A DNA stretch of 64,000 nt. Source: Balanoglossus misakiensis. Taxonomy: Eukaryota > Animalia > Hemichordata. The stretch spans positions 3,489,434 through 3,553,433 of the forward strand of contig CM082593.2 of the NCBI GenBank assembly GCA_040954595.2. The letters run 5' to 3'. This document shows, piece after piece, positions 27,204 to 38,144 of the stretch. The first letter of the stretch is position 1. The number at the start of each line of letters is the position of its first letter. The notes under the pieces were generated by a model, which was given only the letters and a program-made list of their open reading frames with translations, was not told the origin of the DNA and ran no database searches. Position numbers and translations under genes: made by a program.

Positions 27204-29071
27204 CAATTCGTTTTCCAGTGACGTCAGCTGGGTCAAAACCACTAGGATTGCCGTTTACCACAAAGAATTTACCCAGGGGGCTGTTTGCTTCGAATAACGG
27301 CACACTGAAGGTAAACAGAGGAACACGTTCCAATGTCTTGAAATAACCAACGCAACCGTCGTACCATCTGCTCTGTATTCCTGCAAGAGGTGCGTTTGAT
27401 TACTAGTATATCATGAATTGTAATGATGTATTTTCTCGGTTTCAAATATCTACAACAGTTTTAAAGAGTTATAATTTCACCATCAAAAACCTCCAAATTG
27501 CATTTTTCTTCGTTTGGTTCGACTAAAACCGCTAACAAGATAGACATAGGGCCTAAGCCTTATGCAACATAATAGTTTAGTCAACTAAACCATTACCTAT
27601 TCCTGTCGTAGGGCGACCAGAATCTTCGTGAAGATAGCAATTTCTATAGTCGTCGAATATGATGTAGCATTGTTGATCTGCTTCCTTGCAGACTACAAAA
27701 AATACGAGATTAAATAAAAGATGTCTTTAACATAGAGTGTCATTATTCTAAAATGAAAACAGGTGATTAACTCATGCTCATGGGTCATGCTCATGTCGTC
27801 TCGTAAATCCTGGGATAGCTGAGAGGGTATCTTCGAAGTTGCTGTTGTGAAAAGAAGAAGCCAGATCACAAACCCGCAGCTGTTTGCTGCCACACGTAGC
27901 CACTTCTTCACATCGCGCGTGTTCGATTTGTTGCTCATCAGCTGTTAAGGCCAATGTGTATACATACTAAGTAGTGGTGTAATAAACTTACTTTCTTCGA
28001 TCAAATCCCGATGGAAGCCTTGAATATTACCCTCTTTATCTCTGAAAACAATAATCGATACTTTGAGACTAATTAAAATAGTGTACAGCTCGGTAAATAT
28101 ATATGCTTCAGCTTGTCGCACGAAAGCAGATTCGACCACATCACCAATGCTTCAGCCAAGCTTCCAGGTGAGTCCATGAGTGAATTGAACACCATTTTGC
28201 TGCTTGCTTGTGCCTTTCACTGCAATTTTCACCACGCGTTGATGACAATACAATCGATATCTATGATATCGAAAATCTATAAATATTAATTTCCCCCAGG
28301 TGTTCCCCTATTACGTCCACTTTTCAACACCAAAGCCCCGTAACATGTATTAGACAGTTTACGTCAATCGATAAAAAAAGCTCAATATTCGTCGACTTTT
28401 GCGAACCCTTCGTTCTATTTTATCTATTCAGTTATTTCGTTTCAAGTTGGTGACAGCTGTTCATAGAATGCTACGCATGCGCAGCAAAACAGGTAACTTA
28501 CAGGTAGTCATAAGGTTTACCGACCCCTAAACCAGTGGCAAAAAGCCAGGGCTCATGAAAATGGTTTAGTCCTTCAGTTTCTTCCACTTTGCCGTTGGCG
28601 GCGGCCTTATCGTCCTGTGAGAAAGGCGAAATGTGAATGCCCTCAGAATTTTATAGTTAAAAGTGAGAAAGGGCCTCGCGTATAGTTAAGTCCCTTCAGG
28701 TATATTCAGGGAATACCAAACAAGGTGTAGAACGCCATCTCGTGATGGCCTAATTTGCTCTGTCTGCCTGCCTGTCTGTCTGTCTGTCTGTCTGTTTCTC
28801 CCCTCTCTTAATGAAATGAAATATTTGTAAGTCTGTGTAATACTTACCATAAAGTATCCAAACAAGTTAGGAAAAGCAAACGTTCCTTGAGCTGCAAAAT
28901 TATCAAAGCCATTCTTTTATCATTCACGTCTATATGAAGACTTATCAAGCTATTTGTTACTACAAGGACAGAGTAGCTAAAGTTTGGTATTAGTAAACGC
29001 ATGTGACCTTAGCGATTTAACTCACCTGCAATGAGCACAATGAAGATGAAACTCCTAGGGTTGGTCTTCAT
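27204..29071 (-). CDS. Secreted SBP_bac_3 (HisJ/ArgT-like) substrate-binding protein, paralogue A; only exons 1-6 present (interrupted or truncated by the satellite)
   Basis: Exons 29071-29026, 28891-28848, 28614-28502, 28041-27992, 27692-27597 and 27380-27204, all GT-AG and in frame. They encode MKTNPRSFIFIVLIA...GKPYDYLDKEGNIQGFHRDLIEEICKEADQQC...RWYDGC...ERVPLFTFSVPLF...DVTGKRIG. Intron positions match paralogues B and C. Confidence 0.85.
28758..28796. repeat. (CTGT)n-type microsatellite in intron 2 of SBP paralogue A
   Basis: ctgtctgcctgcctgtctgtctgtctgtctgtctgt. Confidence 0.85.
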
Positions 29072-30417
29072 ATTACCTGGTGTAGACATTTGCTGTAGAC
29101 TTGCTATCGATGGCGTCCAACCTATGTTCACAATTGCGGGATGCGTGTAATGCACTGAAGAGGTCAGGCCAGGACGCAGACAGGGGCATGGTCAGTCAGT
29201 CGTCACACAGTACACGTTTGAAAGTCCAAGGACCGGGAGATAGTGCGGGGTCAAATCTTCTTAATCAGCAATTACTCGTGTGGTCACATGAATGTCACCC
29301 CTTTGAATCATGTAGAGAAGACTGCACAATCCTGCTTGTATTAATATATTGAACGACAGATCTGTTTTCAGCTTTCCTTCGATCCATTTATTTATAAAAT
29401 GCTGCATTTGTTTCAGTTTACGTTACCATTTACCATTCAGCCAATCAAAAGTTATGTTCTTGTGACCAAAGATATGAAGATTGGCCCTATACAGATAGGC
29501 CGGATGGTGTACCTTTTCAAATCTGTCTCGCGAGATCACGCAATGAGCAGGAAATCATCTACTGGTATTCCTCGATGCAATTGCCCAAACAGCCTCACAT
29601 TGTAGTTAGATTAGCATACACGGCAAGACGACGGATTTTAGATCTGAGAAATGGGGGTCAGAACGACACGGGCACGAGACAGTCTACACGCAGACGTCGC
29701 CACCCCTAGACTAAAACATATTCCCTCTAATGAAAGGTAATAGCAGACGGCAAAACCAACTTGCAAATGTCTATCAATTCTAATACATAGGGCAACGATT
29801 ATCGACTTAACAGTAGGACTCCGTGACCATTTAATAAATTTTCACTGTGATTCAAATGTTTAGTATCCCCTTCGGATAACTATGCGGAGAGACCAAATGG
29901 AGGAGGCAATGATTGTCGTAAACAATTGTGGGGTTTTATTGAGCAAAGTAGTATCATTGGCGAATAAGATGAACACCTGACGAGTCCATTAAAACTTTAA
30001 AGCTCTTTCAAATCTTACAGCTTCAAGCAATAAACAATAACTGAGAAATATATCACCAGTTTAATTACATGTACAATGCCAATGTATCCATAAGAATTCC
30101 ATCTCACTGAAAGATTAACTCAGGCTTAATGATTGTGCGGTCTGTATGTTACATTATTCTCCAAAATATACCCTACGTCACATCAGTTATAATCACAGTC
30201 ACACTTTAATGGAAAAGAACCTTTGGCTTATATTCCGCGTTAATTATCAGTCTATTGCCTCCCAAACAGATAATTTGAATGTCAATACTCAGTCTGTCTG
30301 AGAAGTGCCCTATGAAAGCTGAATGCAATTATTTAATTGGCCAATCACATTGTTCGACACTTGAGAGCAGAAACTCCAATCAATGCACTGTTGGTCCGTT
30401 ACGTCCACATATAGTCG

Positions 30418-32469
30418 TTACACGATGCAGTTCGGGGTTCCTCCTGGGAAGAAGAGAAACGAAATTAGCAGCTGTTTTGCGCGAAGTTTTTTCCACTCTC
30501 ACATGGCCCTAGTTCTATCAAACATGGGGTTCGAGTTAGAAATCTTCCATACCGATTCGTGTACTACCCACCCAACCATTTACATATCGCTAACAAAACT
30601 TACCGTGCTTTGTCTCAGCTGACTGGCAGAGTTTGTAGTACTGGCCGTTTTCTTTGATACGACCCAAGGCGGCGTTGAACCATTCTACTGCGGGGCTTCC
30701 CTTCTTGAACATGGTATGCACGGCAACTGATTGGTCTTCGGAACCGCACTCAATTCCCGGACCCACCGTCACCAGATCGTCGATGTTTTCGGGCATGGCT
30801 TTAACTGGTGTGAAAATGGCGTCCAGCTGGAAAAGTAGAAAGCTCCATGAGCTGCCAAATTTCACTTATGTTTCCCCAACAACAAAATACATTCGTGGAG
30901 AATTATAAAGTTTTTCATCAGACTGAAAGATTTTTACAAACGGAATTGTAAGGTCGTGCAGGGGTCATGAAAATGGCCTTTGACGGGGTTCTTGTTCAAA
31001 TTTTCACCCACCTCTTTATTTCTGAGAAGGGTGACGAGTTTGTACATGTGCTTCAAATACACCTTATTTCCTGGCTCCAAGGAACCTATGTTCCCCACGC
31101 GACCGTCACGCGCAATGCAGTTTTCGTCAGCCGACCATCCACTCAGGAATCCTGACGAGGAAGAAAACAGATAAAAAATTACATTTCTAAACAAGAAAGT
31201 ATTAACAAACTAAAGGCGTTACTGATTGTGTGTACAGTCAAACATGTCTATATTATATATAGCGGCCAGTCAAGAGACTTTATGACAATTGGTGTTTTAG
31301 ACAGGTTGCCTGTATAGACGCCCCTTCCAGATTATCGGATGACAAACGGGTAAGGTGCGTGCACAACCTACCGATTCGTTTTCCAGTGACGTCAGCTGGG
31401 TCGAAGTTGCTAGGGTTACCGTTTAGCACGTAGAATTCGCCGAAGGGGTTATCCGACTCGTAAAGCGGCGCACTGAAGCTGAACAGAGGAACGCGCTCGG
31501 GAGTTTTGAAGAATACCATGCAGCCGTCGTACCATCTTCCTAGTATACCTACGATTGAAACAAGTGGGTGTTAATCTGAAATGTAAAATTAACAGTACGA
31601 GGATTGGGATACTGTACAAGCATTACCCTCCCAAGGGTACTTAACGTTTCATTGCAACTTTATATACACACGTGTTACTTGCATATGACGTACCTACTCC
31701 TGCTGTAGATCGACCAGATTCTTCGTGAACATAGCAATTGTTGTAATCGTCAAACATGATGTTGCATTTTTGACCGGCTTCCTTGCAAACTAGAAACGGG
31801 AGAGAATAAGTAGAAAAATTTCAGTAACATAGATGTCATTAATTTGCTGCAAGTAATCGAAGAATGGCTTCATAACGGGTAAAATCTAGTCACTTACTTT
31901 CCTCCATCAAATCCCTGTTGAATCCTTGGATGTTACCTTCCTCGTCTCTAAAAACAATAATGTACATTTTGAGACAGTGTGTGATTAAACTGAAAGACTT
32001 CAGCTATGGGAGAAAGCGAAAAATGGAAATAAAAATTCAGCCCACAAAGGTGAGAGCAATTAATCTTTAATCAGTGCTAATTAAAGATTTTGACTTATCA
32101 AATGGTAGACCTACTAAGTAGGTTCCGTTCTCAGAAGAATGGCAGGCAACTTACAGGTACTCATAAGGTTTACCGTCACCTAAGCCAGTGGTGAACAGCC
32201 AGGGCTCGTGGAAATGGTTGAGACCGTCGCTCTGTTCCGTTTTACTCTTAATGGCTTCATGGGCCTGTGACAAAATGAAATATGTACATGTATGCCATCT
32301 GAGTCTTGCTATGAAAACTTCAGCGGTCAATCAGGTGTTGTAGACAATATCTTTGTGTTCCGTTGAGCAGCGAGAGGTATTTTGGATAGCTAATCATGTC
32401 GTGAACATCGTTTGACTAATTTCGTCTTGTTCTGTTTTTATCACAGAAATCGTTAAATCTCTCTCTCCG

Positions 32470-32500
<31 letters not shown>

Positions 32501-32745
32501 GCGCCATTGTAGCGTCAACAAATATGTAATACTCACCACAAAGTATCCCAACAGGTTAGGAAACGCAATTGTTTCTTGAGCTGCAAATGTATGGGTATAC
32601 ACTAAGATTCTGTATGAAGTGTTATACTACTTGATACATTTTCGGACATAATCGACATCGTGAGGAGCACCGAATAAAACGTCTGCAAATTGAACTCACC
32701 TACGATGAGTGCGATGAACGCGAAAATTCCCCATTTGGTCGCCAT
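30418..32745 (-). CDS. Secreted SBP_bac_3 (HisJ/ArgT-like) substrate-binding protein, paralogue B; 9 exons, about 303 aa
   Basis: Exons 32745-32700, 32580-32537, 32264-32155, 31947-31898, 31789-31694, 31548-31372, 31151-31012, 30826-30604 and 30443-30418 total 912 nt in frame. Signal peptide MATKWGIFAFIALIV; motifs KPYEYLDEEGNIQGFNRDLMEEICKEAGQKC, TPERVPLFSFSAPLY, DVTGKRIG and WFNAALGRIKENGQYYKLC. Confidence 0.88.
32459..32500. repeat. (CT)n microsatellite in intron 2 of SBP paralogue B
   Basis: ctctctctccgtctctctctctctctctttctctctctctct. Confidence 0.85.
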
Positions 32746-33020
32746 GTTGTCAAGGTGTAGTTTTACCTGCGCCGACAGTGTTCGGACTGTACTCAATTTG
32801 TTTTGTGGACAGAGTGTGGCCAAAGAGGTCAAACTGGGGCCCAAGGTTAGACACTAACACAATGTACATTCAAAAGTCCAAAAGACAGATAGATAGTGCG
32901 GGGACATCTTGAAATCAGCTTGATCAGCTATTACCGGTCTGACCTGATAACGCCTTTGTATCACTCGGGGTGACTTGGACAATTTCTAAGTTGATCATAA
33001 CAATGGTATTGATAACTCAC

Positions 33021-33235
33021 CGTGTTCTGATTCTGCATGGTGGCAGATTCTGTCGTACCGCCCATTCGTCTGGATGCGTTCGAAGGCTTGGTCGAACCAA
33101 TTGAGAACCGAGCTCCCAGTTCCGGTAATCACGTGTACAGTGATGTCACAAACTCCACACTGAATCCCTGGCCCTACACACAGTCCCTCAAGAAAGTGTC
33201 ATCAACACCATCACCGGCAGGAAGATGCCATCAAC
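33021..33235 (-). pseudogene. Orphan, frameshifted copy of SBP exon 8 (relic of a fourth paralogue)
   Basis: AG acceptor and GT donor are intact. Reads VDGIFLPV...(frameshift)...VGPGIQC...SSVLNWFDQAFERIQTNGRYDRICHHAESEHG. Length is 215 nt versus 217 and 223 nt in the intact paralogues; no neighbouring exons 7 or 9 were seen. Confidence 0.8.
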
Positions 33236-33765
33236 CTAATCATCACTTGAGAGTTACATAATCCGTAGGCAAGCGGTCGTGGTGGTCGTAATGGTTGAAG
33301 CCAACGTGGAGTCGACAGACTGGTCTGTGCAAAGAATGCATGACACATGCCTTGGAACTTCTTTCTTTTATACTCCTCTTCATCTAATAAATATTCATGT
33401 AACTTAACACCTGGCGTAATTATATCGCTGCATGATTGGGCCTTGAATAAGTGACGTATCGGATCGCCGAGTGCTCGTCCAATCTATCCTTTGCGCAACT
33501 TGCACAAGTTCGCGGGCGATTTGCGTTTGGTTCTGAGTGTCTATGTATTCTGTTTTGGTGATTATTACACAAAGCGAAAGATATATTTCAACTGCTGTAG
33601 TAACGTTAGTTAAACTTTAATCAAACACTGTGACGTGATTACATTACAAAGTGTCGAAAAATCTAATAAAATCAAATACACTTTCGTCGAATTAATGGCA
33701 AAGTCCTTGGCTCTTATCTTTCCCATGCCGCGAATTTCAAGGCAAATATATCCGTGCGTCCAATT

Positions 33766-36191
33766 CTAAAGGCAATATGGATTTCCGCCTGCAAAACAAT
33801 GGAAAAGAGTTCAAGCTATTGACATTTTCCCAATAACACAGAAGTTGAAATTGGCCCATGACAGCCTTTTCCCCGCAAACATTTAGATGTGGTGTTTATG
33901 GCCGACAGTGTGCTCGACTTTAATTGACATTGAATTAAATGGAATCGGAGATACTCATTTGTTATTTATCGTAACAGTGAAATAAAAACTGACCGTGTTC
34001 TGCCTCTGCTTTGTGGCAGATTCTATCGTATCGGCCATTCTCTTTGATTCGCTCGAAGGCTTGGTCGAACCAGCTAAGAAGAGAGCTCCCCTTTCTGGTT
34101 ATCACACGCATAGAGTTGTCATTGCCGAAGTCGCATTCGAAATCCGGTCCAATCTCCACTATCCCGTCAATGCCATCGGCGACGTCTCGGGGAAAGAAGA
34201 CTGCGTTGAGCTGATAAATAGAAATGGGGGTATCAAGGCATTATTTTTATTTAATGTTCAACACTGTGTTTTGTACGTAGATGGATATTTTTCTTTAAAA
34301 CACTGAAAAAATTATGAGTTCATACGCAGGATTGAATTCTCAACGCATCAACATTTATGACGGTGCCCTCTGTGTTCTCACCTGTTTATTCTTGAGGAGT
34401 GTTACTAACTTATCTTCTTGTTGCAAGTAAACCTTGCTTTCGCGTTGCAACGTATCGAAGTGCTTGACACGAGCGTCACGGTCCAGACAACGTTCGTCAG
34501 CCGCCCAGCCGCTTAAGAATCCTTGGGGAGAAAAATACACATGAGCCGTGAATGTGCCTCTATCATGGGTGCGCGTTTTCCAAGAAAAGTATGTAGAGAT
34601 GTTTATTCAAATGTGGATCGCTTAATGCACTTCTACTTGCCTATCCTTTTCCCGGTGACATCAAAGGGGTCGAACCCGTCAGGGTTGTCCTGCAACACGT
34701 AGAAACGCCCGGATGGGGTGTACGTGTACAGGCCCACGCTGAAGTCGACCACTGGGACCCGTTTTGGAACCCGCAAGAATGACAGGCAGCCGTCGTACCA
34801 CCTGCCAAGCAAACCTATAGAAGTAGAAGAGTTCAAAATGAGCTGAAAGTCACAAAAGTCGACCCAATTATACGAGCACGATAATGTAAGAGTGTCCTTA
34901 TTTTAAAAAAAACACGATATGAAAATATGGTCATGATTGAAACAAGCGAATCTCTCAGAAATATGCAATGTTTTAAATACCTGGACCAGCTGCTGCCTGT
35001 CCACTTTCCTCGTGTTGATAACAATTGTTGTAGTTGTCAAACATCACCACGCATTCTTTCCCGGCTTCTTTGCAAACTAAAAGTATTTACGTGACCAGAT
35101 TAGTAAATTTTATTTTAGCCATAGGGCTAGCAACTACTAGTTCTAAAATTATGAACTAACTTTATAACAAATAGTATATGCATCGATGTTATCAAACGTC
35201 CTCACAGATTTCCCACACTACGGTCTATTTAAACATGTAACATAATAGTATAGCGTGAAGTTGATAGTCCACGTGACTAGCACGTACAGGCTGACTAGCA
35301 CATAACATTTTCGTTTCGCAAAATCAAAGGAAAACATACTTTCTTCAACGAGATCCACGTGGAAGCCACGAAGATTTCCGTCTTCGTTCCTGAAATAAAT
35401 AACTTTCTATAAGGAGCCGTGGTAGTATTGTACTGTTCTTTTCATATGCAAATGTGTTACTTTTTTTACATCTCAGTTTGCGTAACACGGTGATCTCATA
35501 CGAATGGTTTACATCTTATACTAGTATATTTTTGCTCTGAACTATTAAACTGAGTGCAGATTTCCTAGCCAGAAAGGTTGCCATGGTGCTGAACTTTGAA
35601 CTGTAAGCAAGGTTTTTGTACCATACGGATGTATAAACAACTTACAAATACTCGAACGGTTTGCCTACGGCTAGGCCAGTTGAAAACGACCAGGGCTCCT
35701 TGAAGTAGCTGAGTGAGGATTTAGGTCCTTCATCTGATTTGCTGAAAGGGCTTTCGTCAGACTGCAGGTGGAAACATTATACATGAAAGTGATTCCCCAA
35801 ATGCTTCTGCATAAAATGTGTCCGTCTATCTGCATTTTTCATTCTGTTCTGTCGCTGTTTCTCTCTGTAAGTCTGTATAGTACATTGTACATGCAAGTCT
35901 GTTTGTGCGTGTTTCTCTGTCAGTTCCTCCCCTGTCATTCCCAAAATAACAGACTGTCATATTTTCTACTTATAAATAAATAAATAAGTTGTCTTACATA
36001 CCGCGAACAAATAAGGCAGAAGGCTGAATGCAAACGTCTCTTGAACTGTAAAGATATAAAAATTACGAACATTAAACTTAAATCAGTATTTAAAAAAACA
36101 AAGATAGAAATTCATTCTTTCAGAATTATAAACAAGACTCACCAGCAGCAGAGACGATAAATGCAATCAAAATGATTACTGTTCTCGTCAT
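33766..36191 (-). CDS. Secreted SBP_bac_3 (HisJ/ArgT-like) substrate-binding protein, paralogue C; 9 exons, about 302 aa
   Basis: Exons 36191-36143, 36045-36002, 35761-35646, 35389-35340, 35076-34981, 34814-34641 (GC donor), 34521-34382, 34210-33994 and 33788-33766 total 909 nt in frame. Motifs GKPFEYLNEDGNLRGFHVDLVEEICKEAGKEC and ITRKGSSLLSWFDQAFERIKENGRYDRIC. Confidence 0.88.
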
Positions 36192-36267
36192 TTTCCTCTT
36201 CAAAAATGAGCAGTCTCACGTAGGCACTGTCAGTTCGGATGATACAAGACGTGTATATTCAGAAATA

Positions 36268-36670
36268 AAAATGGACTTTGCTAAAAACAGGGACAGAATA
36301 TTCGAGGTTACGCGTATCGTCCCAAGAGACCAAAGATAAAACGAGATCTGACAATCTGCTTGATGGTTTATTCTTTTGTTCGGAGTGATTCTTAACTTAG
36401 ACTAATTTGGGGTATTATCTATCGAGGTCTCGCGGTCATCTCCTTATCTAAAGGCCGGGGTTGTCTGCTGACATACTTGTTGATCAAAGGTCCACAGATG
36501 TGGCGAGGTCTGATAATTTGCTAAATATGTTTATCCCAATGTTCATTGTTTTGATGTGGCGATGGGATGTTATCTATCCGAGGTTTGACGTGTAGTCTCC
36601 TTATCGGGCGGAGTTCTGGGGCCAGGGTCGCCATTGCATGAGTCTAACATTTTGTGTTGGTTGATAGAGG
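36268..36670. promoter_or_regulatory. Putative promoter/enhancer of SBP paralogue C: HNF4-type site and a GATA cluster
   Basis: TGGACTTTG (CAAAGTCCA on the minus strand) at about 36272 and at least six WGATAR sites (about 36334, 36415, 36444, 36511, 36570, 36662). Motif match only. Confidence 0.4.
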
Positions 36671-37172
36671 TTCGTGATTATGAGACGTTGAGGGCAGCAA
36701 CCAAAGTATAACACGTTTTGCTATGCGTCTCACCCACGTTCCTTCTCAGTAGATTCAGGGAGATTGACCCCAAATCCCCAATATACAAGTACATAATAAT
36801 CAACATGAAATCAGAGTTTACTTTGATACTATGTCAATTTAATAAAACAAAATGTGATTATGCCATGTTCAAAATTACACCACTTTTACTATTGTCAGAG
36901 ATGAAACTGGAGTCACCCCTCCTAAAGTAGCTGACAAATCTCTGGCATCTGGACAGTGACCATCTCACTGGAGCAGACTCAGTTTGTCATGTACTTCATT
37001 GTTCAATACCAGGTGGTAAATTCACCTGATCTTGCAAGCTTGTTCACCACCAGCCAACTTGTAGTGGTCCAAGCAGTAGCTGCCTAGTTTGCCATCATCC
37101 TCGTCAGACGGGATACACGATGCACGTACGTCACCCTGAAATTGCCCAGGAAATCGTATGTAGGCACCCTCC

Positions 37173-37517
37173 TTATTTCTGTAAAACTGGATACGTGTTT
37201 TGGTCCATCAGTTCATCGATCTTGTCTTGAAGCATTTCGATGATCTCGCTGGAAATAAACACATGGGTCTCATCCAAATCCTGAATGATGAACTTCTTGC
37301 CGAGGATATTGTTCTCGTCCAGGTGAAGGAGGAACTGTTTCATCGTCGGGTCACTATGATGAAAATGAAATAACATCATTAAGACATTATGAAGTTAGTT
37401 CGCAACAACGACGAATGAGTCTTGCAGCAAGCCCTGCGAATTAGGATACCAACGACCGGAAACTCAACAGCGATCTACTTACCACTCGACCAAGACGCCT
37501 CTTGTAACGTGCACCAT
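37173..37517 (-). CDS. GTF2H5: General transcription factor IIH subunit 5 (TTD-A/p8), 71 aa
   Basis: Exons 37517-37483 and 37353-37173 encode [71 protein letters not shown], the typical Tfb5/TTDA sequence and length. Confidence 0.95.
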
Positions 37518-38144
37518 GTTGTAGGGGTCATAAACTCAAAATAGACGGGGTTTTCTTCGAGTAAAGCGATGGGCATAAGCCGCATTCAGCCCAAGAAGGA
37601 AGAACCGAGCGCGTATTTGTTTGTTCGCGGAGACTGACCTCCAGTGAAAATAGCGCCGCCACCGTCGGATTTCAGCATTCGGTTTTATTTTGTTTTTGCG
37701 CTTTCTCAAAGCTCAGGATGGTCAGAAACTCATCCAATTTTTACACAATCATTGTGAACAGATGTTCTCCCAATTCCATCTAAGATTGTTTCTATTCTTT
37801 TCTTAGAATTACATTTCGGACAGTGTAAAGAAATGGGGTTTATACTAGTGTGTGATACACATACACATACACAGTGGAAATGTATGCATGTTTGGTTTCA
37901 TATTGACAACTCCAAAAGAATGGAAGTTGTCAAAGCTCTGTGCAAAAAGGATGAAGCAAGACAACTGTGCTAGTAAATGTGTCCCCCCCCTCTCCTACAT
38001 GGCCCATCCCTATCCATATATTTGCAATGATTACCATTGTGACCTTGTAATGTAACCTTTGAACCGAATCAGCTGCCCCTCTGAGACTGGTACTTGTGTC
38101 TTTCAGATCATCTGTTAACTGCAGAAACCAAAAACCGCATAAAA

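Noticed and set aside
27204-36191. Bacterial contamination or an ionotropic glutamate receptor as the explanation for the SBP-like genes
   Set aside because: Conserved spliceosomal introns and linkage to GTF2H5/HADH argue against contamination. The two lobes are contiguous, with no M1-M3 transmembrane or pore segments and a stop right after the domain, unlike an iGluR.
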